Positions 7,817 through 17,840 of a DNA stretch of 64,000 bases are shown in pieces. The notes under the pieces were generated by a model that saw only the letters and a list, made by a program, of their open reading frames with translations, searched no databases and had not been told where the DNA came from. This DNA is from Flavobacteriales bacterium. Its GTDB lineage: Bacteria > Bacteroidota > Bacteroidia > Flavobacteriales_C > CBFIFL01. The position numbers were made by a program, and so were the translations under genes. The stretch is taken from assembly GCA_965661855.1 (NCBI GenBank), contig CBFIFL010000005.1, forward strand, positions 2,372-66,371. Reading direction: 5' to 3'. How positions within the stretch are numbered: position 1 is the stretch's first letter; each line of letters starts with the position of its first letter.

Positions 7817-8506
7817 ATGCAGAATAAAAGAATACTCTTAGTTGAAGACGAAAAGAACTTGGTTGATTTGATTTCTTTAAATCTTGAACTAGAAGGTTTT
7901 GTTGTAAAAGTAGCGGAGACTGGAACGCAAGGTTTGAATACGTTTAGGGAACAACGATTTGATTTGATTATTCTTGATAATATGTTGCCTGAAATGGATG
8001 GGGTGTCTGTTTGTCAGACGATTAGATTAGAGGATGCCGAGGTTCCAATTTTGTTTTTATCCGCAAAGCATACGAGTCAAGATCGAATCACGGGTTTAAA
8101 AGCTGGAGCGGATGATTATCTAACCAAGCCTTTCGAATTTGAAGAATTGCTGTTAAGGATAAGTGCTTTGGTTAAACGTGGGAGCAAACAACAGCGTGTG
8201 GAAGACAGTTATTCGTTTGGCGGAAACAAAATAGACTTTAATAGCTATAATGTAAATACGCATGATGGTAAAGTCATGCAGTTATCTGTTAAAGAAATTA
8301 GATTGTTAAAACTTTTAATTGAATCTGAAGGGGATGTTGTCTCCCGAGAGAAAATTCTTGAAGTAGTTTGGGGAGTTGACGTTTATCCGTCCACCAGAAC
8401 AATTGATAACTATATTCTGAATTTCAGGAAGTTATTCGAGAAAAACTCAAAACAACCGGAGTATATATTTTCTGTTAGAGGGGTTGGGTATAAGTTTAAG
8501 TCTTAG
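7817..8506 (+). CDS. OmpR/PhoB-family response regulator (receiver + winged helix), no adjacent histidine kinase
   Basis: Canonical receiver residues are present (LVEDE, IILDNMLP, LSAK, TKPF). C-terminal winged-helix end is ...TIDNYILNFRKLF...VRGVGYKF. Confidence 0.9.
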   Translation: MQNKRILLVEDEKNLVDLISLNLELEGFVVKVAETGTQGLNTFREQRFDLIILDNMLPEMDGVSVCQTIRLEDAEVPILFLSAKHTSQDRITGLKAGADDYLTKPFEFEELLLRISALVKRGSKQQRVEDSYSFGGNKIDFNSYNVNTHDGKVMQLSVKEIRLLKLLIESEGDVVSREKILEVVWGVDVYPSTRTIDNYILNFRKLFEKNSKQPEYIFSVRGVGYKFKS

Positions 8507-8883
8507 TCTTTACTAGGTTTGAAAGTAAGACTTAGTGAGTTAACGCAATAACGAGTGCCTGTTTCTGTTGGACCATCATTAAAAACATGTCCAAGATGAG
8601 AGTCGCAGTTCGAACAAGTAATCTCTGTTCGAATCATGCCATGACTTTTGTCTAAAACCGTTGATACAGCTTCTTTATTGATTTGACTATCAAATGATGG
8701 CCAACCACATGAAGAGTCAAATTTAGATTGACTTTCGAAAAGAACAGCGTCGCAACAAACACATTTGTATACACCTTCTTCAAAGTGATCATTGAACTTA
8801 CCAGTAAACGGGCGTTCAGTTCCTTTTTCTCTAGTCACATAAAATGTCTCCGCGTCTAGTATTTTTTTCCAGTCTTTTTCCAT
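8503..8883 (-). CDS. msrB: Peptide-methionine (R)-S-oxide reductase
   Basis: 126 aa with two CxxC zinc pairs (CVCC, CSNC), GWPSF, and the catalytic RYCVNS motif. Confidence 0.93.
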   Translation of the reverse strand: MEKDWKKILDAETFYVTREKGTERPFTGKFNDHFEEGVYKCVCCDAVLFESQSKFDSSCGWPSFDSQINKEAVSTVLDKSHGMIRTEITCSNCDSHLGHVFNDGPTETGTRYCVNSLSLTFKPSKD

Positions 8884-8943
8884 AATAACTATGATAGTAT
8901 AGCTAATTTAGTTGAAATCCATTTAGGATCTTGAATTAAAAGA

Positions 8944-10299
8944 ATGCAGTTTCACAGTTTGTCATATATAATACTTCTAGCACTTACCTTGTTGCTCTTT
9001 TTGATATGCAGTAAGCATAGGCAAGTCCGAAACTTTGTTTTAATTGTGGCTAGTTTTATCTTTTATGCCTATTGGGACTGGAAGCTTTATGGACTTATCG
9101 TTATTAGTGCATTAATAGACTGGGTTGGATCGAAGTACGTTTTTAAAGAAAGAAATGATAAGAAAAGAAAGTTGATTTTGAGTGTCAGTATTGTGGCCAA
9201 TCTTTCGATTTTAGTTTACTATAAATACTCTGATTTATTTCTGTCCTTAGTAAATGCATGGGAATCAAACTTGTTTGATTTTCGAATATCAAAAATAGTG
9301 CTTCCCTTAGGAATCAGCTTTTATACACTTCAATCCATGAGTTATTCAATTGATGTTTATCGAAGAAATTATGAACCCAAGGAAAGCTTTATTACCTATT
9401 TCACTTTCGTTAGTTTTTTCCCACAGTTGATAGCAGGACCTATATTACGTGCTCAAGAGTTTATTCCTCAATTGGAAAAGAAGTATCAAATGTCTTGGAT
9501 AAATATTCAGAATGGATGCTTTAGGATCTTATTGGGGCTCGCTATGAAGTTGCTCATTGCCGACAGGTGTGCTATTTACGTTAACGAAATATTCGGCTTT
9601 CCAGATCAATACAATTCAGCGGCTATAGTTTTAGCGAATTTTCTTTTTGCAATACAGTTATATGCTGATTTTGCAGCCTATTCACATATCGCAATTGGAA
9701 GCGCTTCTTTACTGAACCTGAAGCTGGCTGAAAATTTCAAAACACCTTGGTTGGCTGGTTCTCTTAAAGGTTTTTGGCAGCGTTGGCATATAAGTTTGGG
9801 AGCTTGGTTAAGGGATTATTTGTACTTGCCTTTGGGAGGTAAACAAAGGTTTGCGCTTGCTTCAATGATCGTTTTCTTATTAAGTGGTTTGTGGCATGGA
9901 GCCAACTGGACCTTTATAGCATGGGGAGCTTTTCATGGATTAGGATTACTGATAGAGCGGTATTCTCCTGTAAAATTGCCTCGATTAATAAGGTGGTGTT
10001 TTGTTCAAGGCTGGTTTGTAGTGAGCATGATTTTTTTTCGAAGTGAATCTGTTTCCGATTTGAAAATTATGCTTAACCGTTTTTGGGATACGCTATATTA
10101 TAAACCGAATGTCAATTTAAACGTCATTTTACTATGTGCTGTGTTGTTCTTAATAATCGATTATCTATTTAGCCTTAAAGCTTATAGTAAACCTTTTAAA
10201 TTTTACTGGATCAATACGATTGTTTACTCCTTTTTGATTGTAATGGTCTTGTTATTCAACACTGCTAAAACAAGTAGTTTTATTTATTTTCAATTCTAA
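8944..10299 (+). CDS. MBOAT-family membrane O-acyltransferase (AlgI/DltB/PatA-like)
   Basis: 451 aa and polytopic. MBOAT signatures are present: FWQRWHISLGAWLRDYLYLPLGG and the conserved His in LSGLWHGANW. Confidence 0.85.
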   Translation: MQFHSLSYIILLALTLLLFLICSKHRQVRNFVLIVASFIFYAYWDWKLYGLIVISALIDWVGSKYVFKERNDKKRKLILSVSIVANLSILVYYKYSDLFLSLVNAWESNLFDFRISKIVLPLGISFYTLQSMSYSIDVYRRNYEPKESFITYFTFVSFFPQLIAGPILRAQEFIPQLEKKYQMSWINIQNGCFRILLGLAMKLLIADRCAIYVNEIFGFPDQYNSAAIVLANFLFAIQLYADFAAYSHIAIGSASLLNLKLAENFKTPWLAGSLKGFWQRWHISLGAWLRDYLYLPLGGKQRFALASMIVFLLSGLWHGANWTFIAWGAFHGLGLLIERYSPVKLPRLIRWCFVQGWFVVSMIFFRSESVSDLKIMLNRFWDTLYYKPNVNLNVILLCAVLFLIIDYLFSLKAYSKPFKFYWINTIVYSFLIVMVLLFNTAKTSSFIYFQF

Positions 10300-11165
10300 T
10301 GAAAGTGGCTAGAAACATATTCGGTTTGTTGGTGCTAATTGTTGCTTTCGATCAATTGGTGTCTTTCATGGTGCCAACTTTTAAAAAGAGAGGGGATTTT
10401 AGAATCGAAGCATTAGCGAATGGAGAGATAAAGTCTGATACCGTTATCATTGGAGCTTCACGGGGATTCTTTGGAGTAAGCACTAGTGACTTAGGTGAGA
10501 ATTATTACAATTTATGTTTTAAAGGCTCTAATTCTATATTTCATAAACGAATTGTAGATCTCTTATTAGACAAACATCAGCCAAAAACAATTCTTTGGGT
10601 TTTGGATGATGATCATTATTTTTTTGATAATAAAGCACTTAGAGATAGAGTAGATTTGTTTACACCTTTTGTAGATGATGACAGACTCAATAAGTCAGTT
10701 TGCGAGTTCTATAACAAAAGTGAACTCCTCGCTTCTGTCCTTAAATCTTATAAGTACAGTGAGAATATTCCTGTGTCTTACTATGAGCTGATAAATGGAG
10801 TTAAAGGACCAATCAACTCACAAGGAGATGGAGATTTGAGTAAGAATCTTGCTTCGGTGGTTGATTTCGAGGTTGTGAGAAATTACCAGGATACGATGAT
10901 TAATCAGAAATATCTAGAAGCATTTGAAATGTCTTACAATAAGATTCAAAATAAAGGTATAAACGTGCTTTTTTTAGTCCTTCCCAATAGAACAAAAAGA
11001 AACGATGCCTTTTATGAGTTTTTGACGAATCGAGGATTAAAAGTATACAGAGATACAAGTAGTTTATTTCAAGACAATAAATACTTTGCAGATCATGGAC
11101 ATCTAAATCCTGATGGAAAACGTTTGTTTACAAAACGACTAAAAGACTACCTGCAGTCTAATTAG
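10299..11165 (+). CDS. Membrane-anchored SGNH/DltD-AlgJ-like putative acyl-transfer partner of the MBOAT protein
   Basis: ATG overlaps the MBOAT stop (TAATG). It has an N-terminal TM anchor, a candidate nucleophile block VIIGASRG, and a C-terminal DHGHLNPDG (DxxH block). Confidence 0.5.
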   Translation: MKVARNIFGLLVLIVAFDQLVSFMVPTFKKRGDFRIEALANGEIKSDTVIIGASRGFFGVSTSDLGENYYNLCFKGSNSIFHKRIVDLLLDKHQPKTILWVLDDDHYFFDNKALRDRVDLFTPFVDDDRLNKSVCEFYNKSELLASVLKSYKYSENIPVSYYELINGVKGPINSQGDGDLSKNLASVVDFEVVRNYQDTMINQKYLEAFEMSYNKIQNKGINVLFLVLPNRTKRNDAFYEFLTNRGLKVYRDTSSLFQDNKYFADHGHLNPDGKRLFTKRLKDYLQSN

Positions 11166-13344
11166 CCATTTCACTCATAAACTTGATTCTAACCAAGCGA
11201 ATTTCTTCCTCGTTGAATTCATCTTCACCAAGTTCTTCTAAAGCAGCTTGAATACAATCCGTTTCTGCTTCTGAGAAGTAATCATAGATATCATCAATTT
11301 TATCTTCATCAACTTGATCTTCCAAGTAGTAATCCAAATCCAGCTTTGTACCTGAAGCAACAATTGATTCAATTTCACAAAGAACATCTTCTAAAGACTT
11401 TCTCTTGTTTTCAGCAATGTCCTCTAAAGAAAGCTTTCTGTCAACACTTTGAATGATGTATACTTTTAGACCAGATTTATTGATCATTGATTTAACAATC
11501 AGGTCATTAGGTCTTTCTATTTCGTTGTCTTCAACATATCTACCAATCAACTGAAGAAATTCATCACCGAACTTTTTAGCCTTTCCTTGTCCAACCCCCA
11601 TTACATTCAGCAATTCTTCCTGCTTAATTGGGTATCTAACACACATGTCTTCTAAAGAAGGGTCTTGAAATATGACAAAAGGAGGAATATCCATTCGTTT
11701 AGCAATATCTCTTCTTAAGTCTTTTAGCATCTTAAATAAGGTTTCATCTGTTGAAGAACCTTGTTTTTGAGCTATTTTAATTTCTTTTGAAATCTGATCG
11801 TAATCATGGTTTTGTGTAAACTTGATAGAATAAGGTTTCTCTAAAAATTGAGATCCTTTTTCAGTAAGCTTTAAAGCACCGTATAAGTCAATATCCTTAT
11901 CAACATAACCATTCACAATAGCTTGTCTGATTATAGCATTCCAGAATTTACCATCTTTCTCTTGACCAATTCCGAAAACCTTTAAAAGATTATGACGGTA
12001 ATTCTTTACATCGATAGACATATAACCAGTAAGCATATCACTAACGTGATTTGGCTTGTACTTTTGTTTTAAGGCTTTAACCACCTCCAAGCACTTAACA
12101 AGATACTCTTGTCCTTCAAATTGCTCTTTTGGATTATGGCAATTATCACACATTTTGTCACACTTTTTAGCATCATAATCTTCACCGAAATAATGAAGTA
12201 TGATTTTTCTTCGACAAACTGAAGACTCAGCAAAGGAAACCATTTCATGAAGTAATTGTTTTCCTAAAGCCTGCTCTGTATTGGACTTACCCATTAAGAA
12301 TTTTTCAAGCTTCTCAATGTCTTTATAAGAGTAGTAGGTAATACATTTTCCTTCACCACCATCTCTTCCAGCTCTACCTGTTTCCTGATAATAACCTTCT
12401 AAACTTTTTGGAATGTCATGGTGAATCACAAAACGAACATCAGGTTTATCAATACCCATTCCGAATGCAATCGTTGCTACAATCACATCTACATCTTCCA
12501 TCAAGAATTTATCTTGAGTTTCAGCTCTTTTGGTCCCTTCTAAACCAGCGTGATAAGGGAGTGCTTTTATTCCATTTAGCTGAAGGACTTGTGCCAGTTC
12601 TTCCACTTTTTTTCTAGATAAACAATACACAATACCAGATTTACCAGCATTTTGTTTGATGAATCTAGTGATGTCTTCGTTTACGTTGTCTTTCGGATGA
12701 ACCTCATAAAAAAGATTATCACGGTTAAAAGACGATTTAAAAACATTAGCAGCTTCAACTCCTAATGTTTTTAATATATCCTGTTGAACCTTTGGTGTTG
12801 CTGTTGCCGTTAAAGCTATAACAGGTGCAGGGTTCAGGTTTTTAATAATCTGTTTGATTTTTCTATACTCTGGTCTGAAGTCATGTCCCCACTCAGAAAT
12901 ACAGTGAGCTTCATCAACAGCATAGAAAGAAATCGTAATGTTTCTTAAAAAAGCAGTATTCGTTTCTTTCGTTAAAGATTCTGGAGCTACATATAAAAGT
13001 TTAGTTTTACCTGCTTTTACATCCTCTTTAACCTGGTCTGATTCCTTTTTACTTAAACTAGAATTTAAGAAATGAGCTATAGAATTATCCGTAGAAATAC
13101 CCCTAATAGCATCTACTTGATTCTTCATTAAAGCAATTAATGGAGAGATAACAATCGCTGTACCTTCTTGCATTAATGCTGGTAATTGATAGCACAAAGA
13201 CTTACCACCACCAGTTGGCATTAATACAAAGGTATCCTTACCTTCCATTAAGGAATGTATTATCTCCTCTTGCTTCCCTTTAAATTGATCGAAACCAAAA
13301 TATTCCTTCAGACTGTTTTTGTAGGATGCATCTACCGTGTTCAT
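11158..13344 (-). CDS. recQ: ATP-dependent DNA helicase RecQ
   Basis: 728 aa with PTGGGKSLCYQ, DEAHCISEWGHDFRP, a Zn-binding CRR...C..CDNC region, and a C-terminal HRDC-like region. Confidence 0.95.
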   Translation of the reverse strand: MNTVDASYKNSLKEYFGFDQFKGKQEEIIHSLMEGKDTFVLMPTGGGKSLCYQLPALMQEGTAIVISPLIALMKNQVDAIRGISTDNSIAHFLNSSLSKKESDQVKEDVKAGKTKLLYVAPESLTKETNTAFLRNITISFYAVDEAHCISEWGHDFRPEYRKIKQIIKNLNPAPVIALTATATPKVQQDILKTLGVEAANVFKSSFNRDNLFYEVHPKDNVNEDITRFIKQNAGKSGIVYCLSRKKVEELAQVLQLNGIKALPYHAGLEGTKRAETQDKFLMEDVDVIVATIAFGMGIDKPDVRFVIHHDIPKSLEGYYQETGRAGRDGGEGKCITYYSYKDIEKLEKFLMGKSNTEQALGKQLLHEMVSFAESSVCRRKIILHYFGEDYDAKKCDKMCDNCHNPKEQFEGQEYLVKCLEVVKALKQKYKPNHVSDMLTGYMSIDVKNYRHNLLKVFGIGQEKDGKFWNAIIRQAIVNGYVDKDIDLYGALKLTEKGSQFLEKPYSIKFTQNHDYDQISKEIKIAQKQGSSTDETLFKMLKDLRRDIAKRMDIPPFVIFQDPSLEDMCVRYPIKQEELLNVMGVGQGKAKKFGDEFLQLIGRYVEDNEIERPNDLIVKSMINKSGLKVYIIQSVDRKLSLEDIAENKRKSLEDVLCEIESIVASGTKLDLDYYLEDQVDEDKIDDIYDYFSEAETDCIQAALEELGEDEFNEEEIRLVRIKFMSEMAN

Positions 13345-13453
13345 TCCTTTTGTTTTGCTAAAAATTGATACTTTTGCCCTTATACGAATATAAGGTATAC
13401 GTGAAATAAAGTTGCCGAATCTTCAAGTTAATTACAGTATTTAATCAACAGTT

Positions 13454-14422
13454 TTGTTAACAGATAAAGAGATACTAAATAAGGCCAAGTTTACTTTAGA
13501 GATTGAGAGTGAGTCGCTTTTGAGAGCTAAATCTTTTTTGGCAGATGATTTTGTTAATGCAGTTAAAACTGTGGTTAATGCAAAAGGAAGACTGATTATA
13601 ACAGGAATCGGGAAGAGCGCAAACATTGCAGCTAAGATCGTTGCAACGTTAAATTCAACAGGAACTCCTTCTGTATTCATGCATGCAGCTGATGCGATAC
13701 ATGGAGATTTAGGTATTATCCAACAGGATGACATTGTACTTTGCATTAGTAACAGTGGGAATACACCAGAGATTAAATACCTTGTTCCTTTAATTAAGGA
13801 TGGAGGAAATCCAATTATCGCTTTTACAGGAAATCAGGAGTCTTTCTTATGGAATGAATCTGACTTTCCGATTTATTCAGGAGTGGAAAGAGAAGCTTGC
13901 CCTAATAATTTAGCACCTACTTCTTCAACAACGGTTCAATTAGCATTAGGAGATGCATTAGCGGTGACTTTATTGGAGCTAAGAGGTTTTAAAGCAAAAG
14001 ACTTTGCTAAATATCACCCGGGTGGTGCTTTAGGAAAGAAGCTTTATTTAAAAGTTGAGGATGTTATTTCTTCAGGAGGAAATCAAGTAGTTGGTCCAAG
14101 TACATCAATAAAAGAAGTAATTATTGCGATAAGTTCTAACAGGCAAGGAGCAGTTGCGGTTGTATTGGAGAATGAATTGAAAGGTATAATTACTGACGGT
14201 GATATCAGAAGAATGTTAGAAAAAGATGTAGAGATTTCATCTCTGAAGGCTTCGGATATAATGATGCGTTCACCAAAACAGATTGTTCAATCTGAAATGG
14301 CGACGGTGGCTGCTGATATGATAAAATCACACAACATTTCTCAAATTTTGGTGGTGGATGACTTAGCAAGGTTTAAAGGCTTCGTTCATTTTCATGACTT
14401 ATTAAACGAGGGGATATTATAA
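13454..14422 (+). CDS. kdsD: Arabinose-5-phosphate isomerase (KpsF/GutQ/KdsD family; SIS + tandem CBS)
   Basis: SIS motif LIITGIGKS and two C-terminal CBS-like repeats. TTG start at 13454; no in-frame ATG lies upstream. Confidence 0.88.
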   Translation: MLTDKEILNKAKFTLEIESESLLRAKSFLADDFVNAVKTVVNAKGRLIITGIGKSANIAAKIVATLNSTGTPSVFMHAADAIHGDLGIIQQDDIVLCISNSGNTPEIKYLVPLIKDGGNPIIAFTGNQESFLWNESDFPIYSGVEREACPNNLAPTSSTTVQLALGDALAVTLLELRGFKAKDFAKYHPGGALGKKLYLKVEDVISSGGNQVVGPSTSIKEVIIAISSNRQGAVAVVLENELKGIITDGDIRRMLEKDVEISSLKASDIMMRSPKQIVQSEMATVAADMIKSHNISQILVVDDLARFKGFVHFHDLLNEGIL

Positions 14423-15258
14423 TGGCTGGAAAAAAGAATAAATCAGACATGTCTTTTCTAGATCATCTAGAAGTGTTGCGCTGGCATCTAATGCGATCGG
14501 TAATTGCTATCATGGTTGGTGCTGTTTTGATTTTTATGAATAGAGTTTTCGTGATGGACCAAATCTTATTGGCTCCAACACATTCTGATTTTCATACTTA
14601 CAGATGGTTTTGTCAGTTTTCAGCTTGGCTAAGCGGATTGCTTCCTGATGTGGTAGATAAGGATGCACTTTGTTTTTCTGAATTGAAAATAACGCTATTA
14701 AATACTAAGCTTCAAGGAAAGTTTTATGCTGCCATGATTGTATCCTTTGTAGGGGGAATCATTTTGGCTTTTCCTTATATATTTTGGGAGACGTGGAGAT
14801 TTATCAAGCCAGCATTACATAAGCAAGAATCTAAAAAAGCGAGAGGAGTCGTGTTCTTTGGAACAATTCTTTTTGCAATGGGGATTTCATTTGGATACTT
14901 TATGATCTCACCGTTAGCGATTCACTTTTTAGCAACGTTTGAAATTGCAGCTGGAATAGCAGAAATGATAGATATGAATTCAATCATGGGTACAATTACT
15001 TCTTCAACTTTGGCTTGTGGGGTTATTTTTGAATTACCTGTGGTTACCTATTATTTAGCTAAGATCGGATTGATTTCTTCAACCTTTATGAAGAAATATA
15101 GAAAGCATTCATTTGTTGTTACTTTAATTTTATCAGCAATTATTACTCCACCAGATGTGTTCTCTCAGGTCTTGGTGGCAATTCCAATTGTTGTGCTATA
15201 TGAGTTAAGTATTATCATTGCTAAGAGAATGGAGAAAAAAAGAGAATTAGATGCTTAA
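14422..15258 (+). CDS. tatC: Twin-arginine translocase subunit TatC
   Basis: 278 aa with six predicted TM segments. N-terminal FLDHLEVLRWHLMRS and an internal PPD motif (ITPPDVFSQ). Confidence 0.9.
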   Translation: MAGKKNKSDMSFLDHLEVLRWHLMRSVIAIMVGAVLIFMNRVFVMDQILLAPTHSDFHTYRWFCQFSAWLSGLLPDVVDKDALCFSELKITLLNTKLQGKFYAAMIVSFVGGIILAFPYIFWETWRFIKPALHKQESKKARGVVFFGTILFAMGISFGYFMISPLAIHFLATFEIAAGIAEMIDMNSIMGTITSSTLACGVIFELPVVTYYLAKIGLISSTFMKKYRKHSFVVTLILSAIITPPDVFSQVLVAIPIVVLYELSIIIAKRMEKKRELDA

Positions 15259-15973
15259 AGTTGAAGGACTAGTAAAGGAGTACAAGGGTAGAAAAGTGGT
15301 GAATGATGTTTCTCTTGAGGTTCGTCAAGGTGAGATCGTAGGTTTATTAGGTCCAAACGGAGCAGGTAAATCGACAAGCTTTTTTATGATTGTAGGCTTT
15401 ATTCGTCCAGATATGGGTAAAGTCTTTTTTAATGGAGAAGACATTACGCATAGTGCTATGTATCAAAGGTCTCTTAAGGGAATAGGTTACCTTCCTCAAG
15501 AAGTATCTGTCTTCAGAAAGCTTAGCGTAGAGGATAATCTGATGTCTATCCTAGAAATGACTGACCTTTCGAAAAAGGAGCGTCACGCTAAAATGGAAAG
15601 CTTATTGGATGAGTTCGGTTTACAACATGTAAGAAAGAACCTTGGAGCTGTTTTATCTGGAGGAGAGAAAAGGAGAGTGGAAATTGCAAGATGCTTAACG
15701 GTAGATCCAAAATTCATTTTACTGGATGAACCATTTGCTGGTGTAGATCCTATTGCGGTTGAAGATATACAGTCTATTGTAGCTAAACTACGTGAAAAGA
15801 ATATTGGAATTCTAATTACTGATCATAACGTTCAAGAGACATTGCATATTACAGATAGAGCTTATCTTTTGTTTGAAGGAAGTATTCTGAAACAAGGAAC
15901 AGCAGAAGAGTTAGCTGCTGATGAACAGGTAAGAAAGGTGTACTTAGGGCAAAATTTTATCTTAAGAAAGTGA
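15251..15973 (+). CDS. lptB: LPS export ABC transporter ATP-binding protein LptB
   Basis: Walker A GPNGAGKST, signature LSGGEKRRVEIARCL, Walker B ILLDEPF. 240 aa with no fused TM domain. Confidence 0.88.
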   Translation: MLKVEGLVKEYKGRKVVNDVSLEVRQGEIVGLLGPNGAGKSTSFFMIVGFIRPDMGKVFFNGEDITHSAMYQRSLKGIGYLPQEVSVFRKLSVEDNLMSILEMTDLSKKERHAKMESLLDEFGLQHVRKNLGAVLSGGEKRRVEIARCLTVDPKFILLDEPFAGVDPIAVEDIQSIVAKLREKNIGILITDHNVQETLHITDRAYLLFEGSILKQGTAEELAADEQVRKVYLGQNFILRK

Positions 15974-16675
15974 TGTTTTTTTTATCGCGCTTTTGATAGT
16001 CGAAAGCAAAATGTAATAGACTATACTGATTGGAAGACCTTCCCATTTGAAAATCACAAAAATTAGCAAAGCACCGAATATTAAGGTGTATCTAAATACA
16101 TTATCGCCTTTAAAAGCAAATCCTTTAAATTTCAATGCAATAAGTCTAAGTTTTGCATTTAGTAAATAGGTGAATATTAACGTTATTCCCATTAAAATCC
16201 ATGGGTTTGTAATTAAAGTAAATAAGTGACTATCTGATTGAAATTGACCCAATAATGGATAGGATAAAAAGAAAAGAGTTGATGCTGGTGTAGGAACTCC
16301 AATAAACTCTTCGCTTTGATCCGTTGATATATTAAAAGCGGCCAATCTGTAACAAGAAGCAAGTGTAATAATTAATCCAAAGTAAGCCAGCCAAGAGTGT
16401 GGTAATTCAGAGACTTGTATGCTTAAGTAATGATAAACAATTAAACCAGGCACCAATCCAAAGCTAACCATGTCGGCTAAAGAGTCTAGTTCTTTTCCTA
16501 ACGGACCACTAACCTTTAACAATCTAGCAGCAAAGCCATCAAAGAAATCTAGAAATGCTGCAAGTCCTATTAACAAAGGAATCCATTCTAACTGACCGTG
16601 TAAAATGAATATCACGGATAAACAACCACAAAAAAGGTTTCCTAAAGTAAGTAGATTGGGGATGAACTTTAACAT
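15962..16675 (-). CDS. pssA: CDP-diacylglycerol--serine O-phosphatidyltransferase (CDP-alcohol phosphatidyltransferase family)
   Basis: Motif DFFDGFAARLLKVSGPLGKELDSLADMVSFG in a polytopic 237-aa protein. Confidence 0.85.
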   Translation of the reverse strand: MLKFIPNLLTLGNLFCGCLSVIFILHGQLEWIPLLIGLAAFLDFFDGFAARLLKVSGPLGKELDSLADMVSFGLVPGLIVYHYLSIQVSELPHSWLAYFGLIITLASCYRLAAFNISTDQSEEFIGVPTPASTLFFLSYPLLGQFQSDSHLFTLITNPWILMGITLIFTYLLNAKLRLIALKFKGFAFKGDNVFRYTLIFGALLIFVIFKWEGLPISIVYYILLSTIKSAIKKTSLS

Positions 16676-16769
16676 ACTATGATTTACGGAAAAATAAGCA
16701 ATTTAACGACAAATTGATACGTTATGACTAGAGCTTTTGATTAAAGCTGAAATTCTAACTATCTTAGCT

Positions 16770-17840
16770 ATGATGAGGTTTATTCTGACTATTGTTTTAA
16801 TTGCTATGTGTTTAGGAGTGCAGTCACAGGCACCAAAGTATAGTAATGAGTTTCTTTCCATTGGTGTTGGTGCCAGAGCTCTAGGTATGGGGTCTGCACA
16901 TGCGGCAACTTCCAATGATGCATTTTCCGCATACTGGAATCCTTCAGGAATATTAGAGAATAAATCAAATTTGAATATTGGTCTAATGCATGCAGAGTAT
17001 TTTGCCGGGTTAGCGAATTATGAGTTTGGGTCATTGATTGCTAAGGTTGATAAAACGAGTGCTGTTGGTTTAAGCTACATGCGTTTTGGCGTAGATGATA
17101 TCCCAGATACTTCTGATTTATTGGATGCTAATGGAAATATAGATTACGATAGGGTAAGTACTTTTTCAGCTATTGACAATGCTTTTTTGTTGTCTTATGC
17201 AAAAGACTTGGATCGTTCAATCAAAGGATTATCTGTTGGAGGTAATGTTAAAATTATAAAGAGAAAAGTAGGTTCTTATGCAAATGCATGGGGATTTGGA
17301 ATAGATATATCAGGTAAGTATAAAACGGGAGCATTTACTTTTGCTTTCGTTGGTAGAGATATAACATCGACTTTTAATGCTTGGTCTTTTGATGTGTCTT
17401 CTTTACAAGAAGTATTTACTTTAACGGAGAACGAGATTCCTCAAAACTCGGTTGAAGTAACATTACCAAAGCTTGTTTTTGCTGCTGCTTATGAATTGGA
17501 TATTACAAGCGATATAAAAGGATCGTTTGAGATTGACTTCGACATGACGACAGATGGTCGTAGAAATACTTTGATAGCTGGGGATGTATTGAGTTTAGAT
17601 CCTAAATTTGGTTCGGAGTTCTCTTATAAGGAAATGGTGTTTTTGCGTTTCGGAACGAAAAATTATCAAAAAGTCTTAGAATTAGACGGTTCCAATACGT
17701 CATTATTAGAGCCAAGTTTTGGAGTAGGATTGAAGTTAAAGGATGCTAGAATAGATTATGCATTATCTAACATAGGTTCGGGATCTGTGGCTCCGATCTC
17801 CCATATATTCTCTATTAATCTAGGAATCAATAAAAAGTAA
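16770..17840 (+). CDS. PorV/PorQ-family outer-membrane beta-barrel (PorV-like T9SS shuttle paralogue)
   Basis: Start moved to the ATGATG at 16770 (MMRFILTIVLIAMCLGVQSQ signal peptide). The N-terminal GARALGMGSAHAATSNDAFSAYWNPSGI is the characteristic PorV/PorQ motif. Confidence 0.7.
   Translation: MMRFILTIVLIAMCLGVQSQAPKYSNEFLSIGVGARALGMGSAHAATSNDAFSAYWNPSGILENKSNLNIGLMHAEYFAGLANYEFGSLIAKVDKTSAVGLSYMRFGVDDIPDTSDLLDANGNIDYDRVSTFSAIDNAFLLSYAKDLDRSIKGLSVGGNVKIIKRKVGSYANAWGFGIDISGKYKTGAFTFAFVGRDITSTFNAWSFDVSSLQEVFTLTENEIPQNSVEVTLPKLVFAAAYELDITSDIKGSFEIDFDMTTDGRRNTLIAGDVLSLDPKFGSEFSYKEMVFLRFGTKNYQKVLELDGSNTSLLEPSFGVGLKLKDARIDYALSNIGSGSVAPISHIFSINLGINKK

Noticed and set aside
13441-13746. 101-aa minus-strand ORF overlapping the kdsD 5' region (also 16703-17034 opposite the PorV-like gene, and 61090-62392 plus-strand ORFs opposite htrA)
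   Set aside because: These are antisense to genes with strong family motifs. The translations are hydrophobic and low-complexity with no recognisable features.
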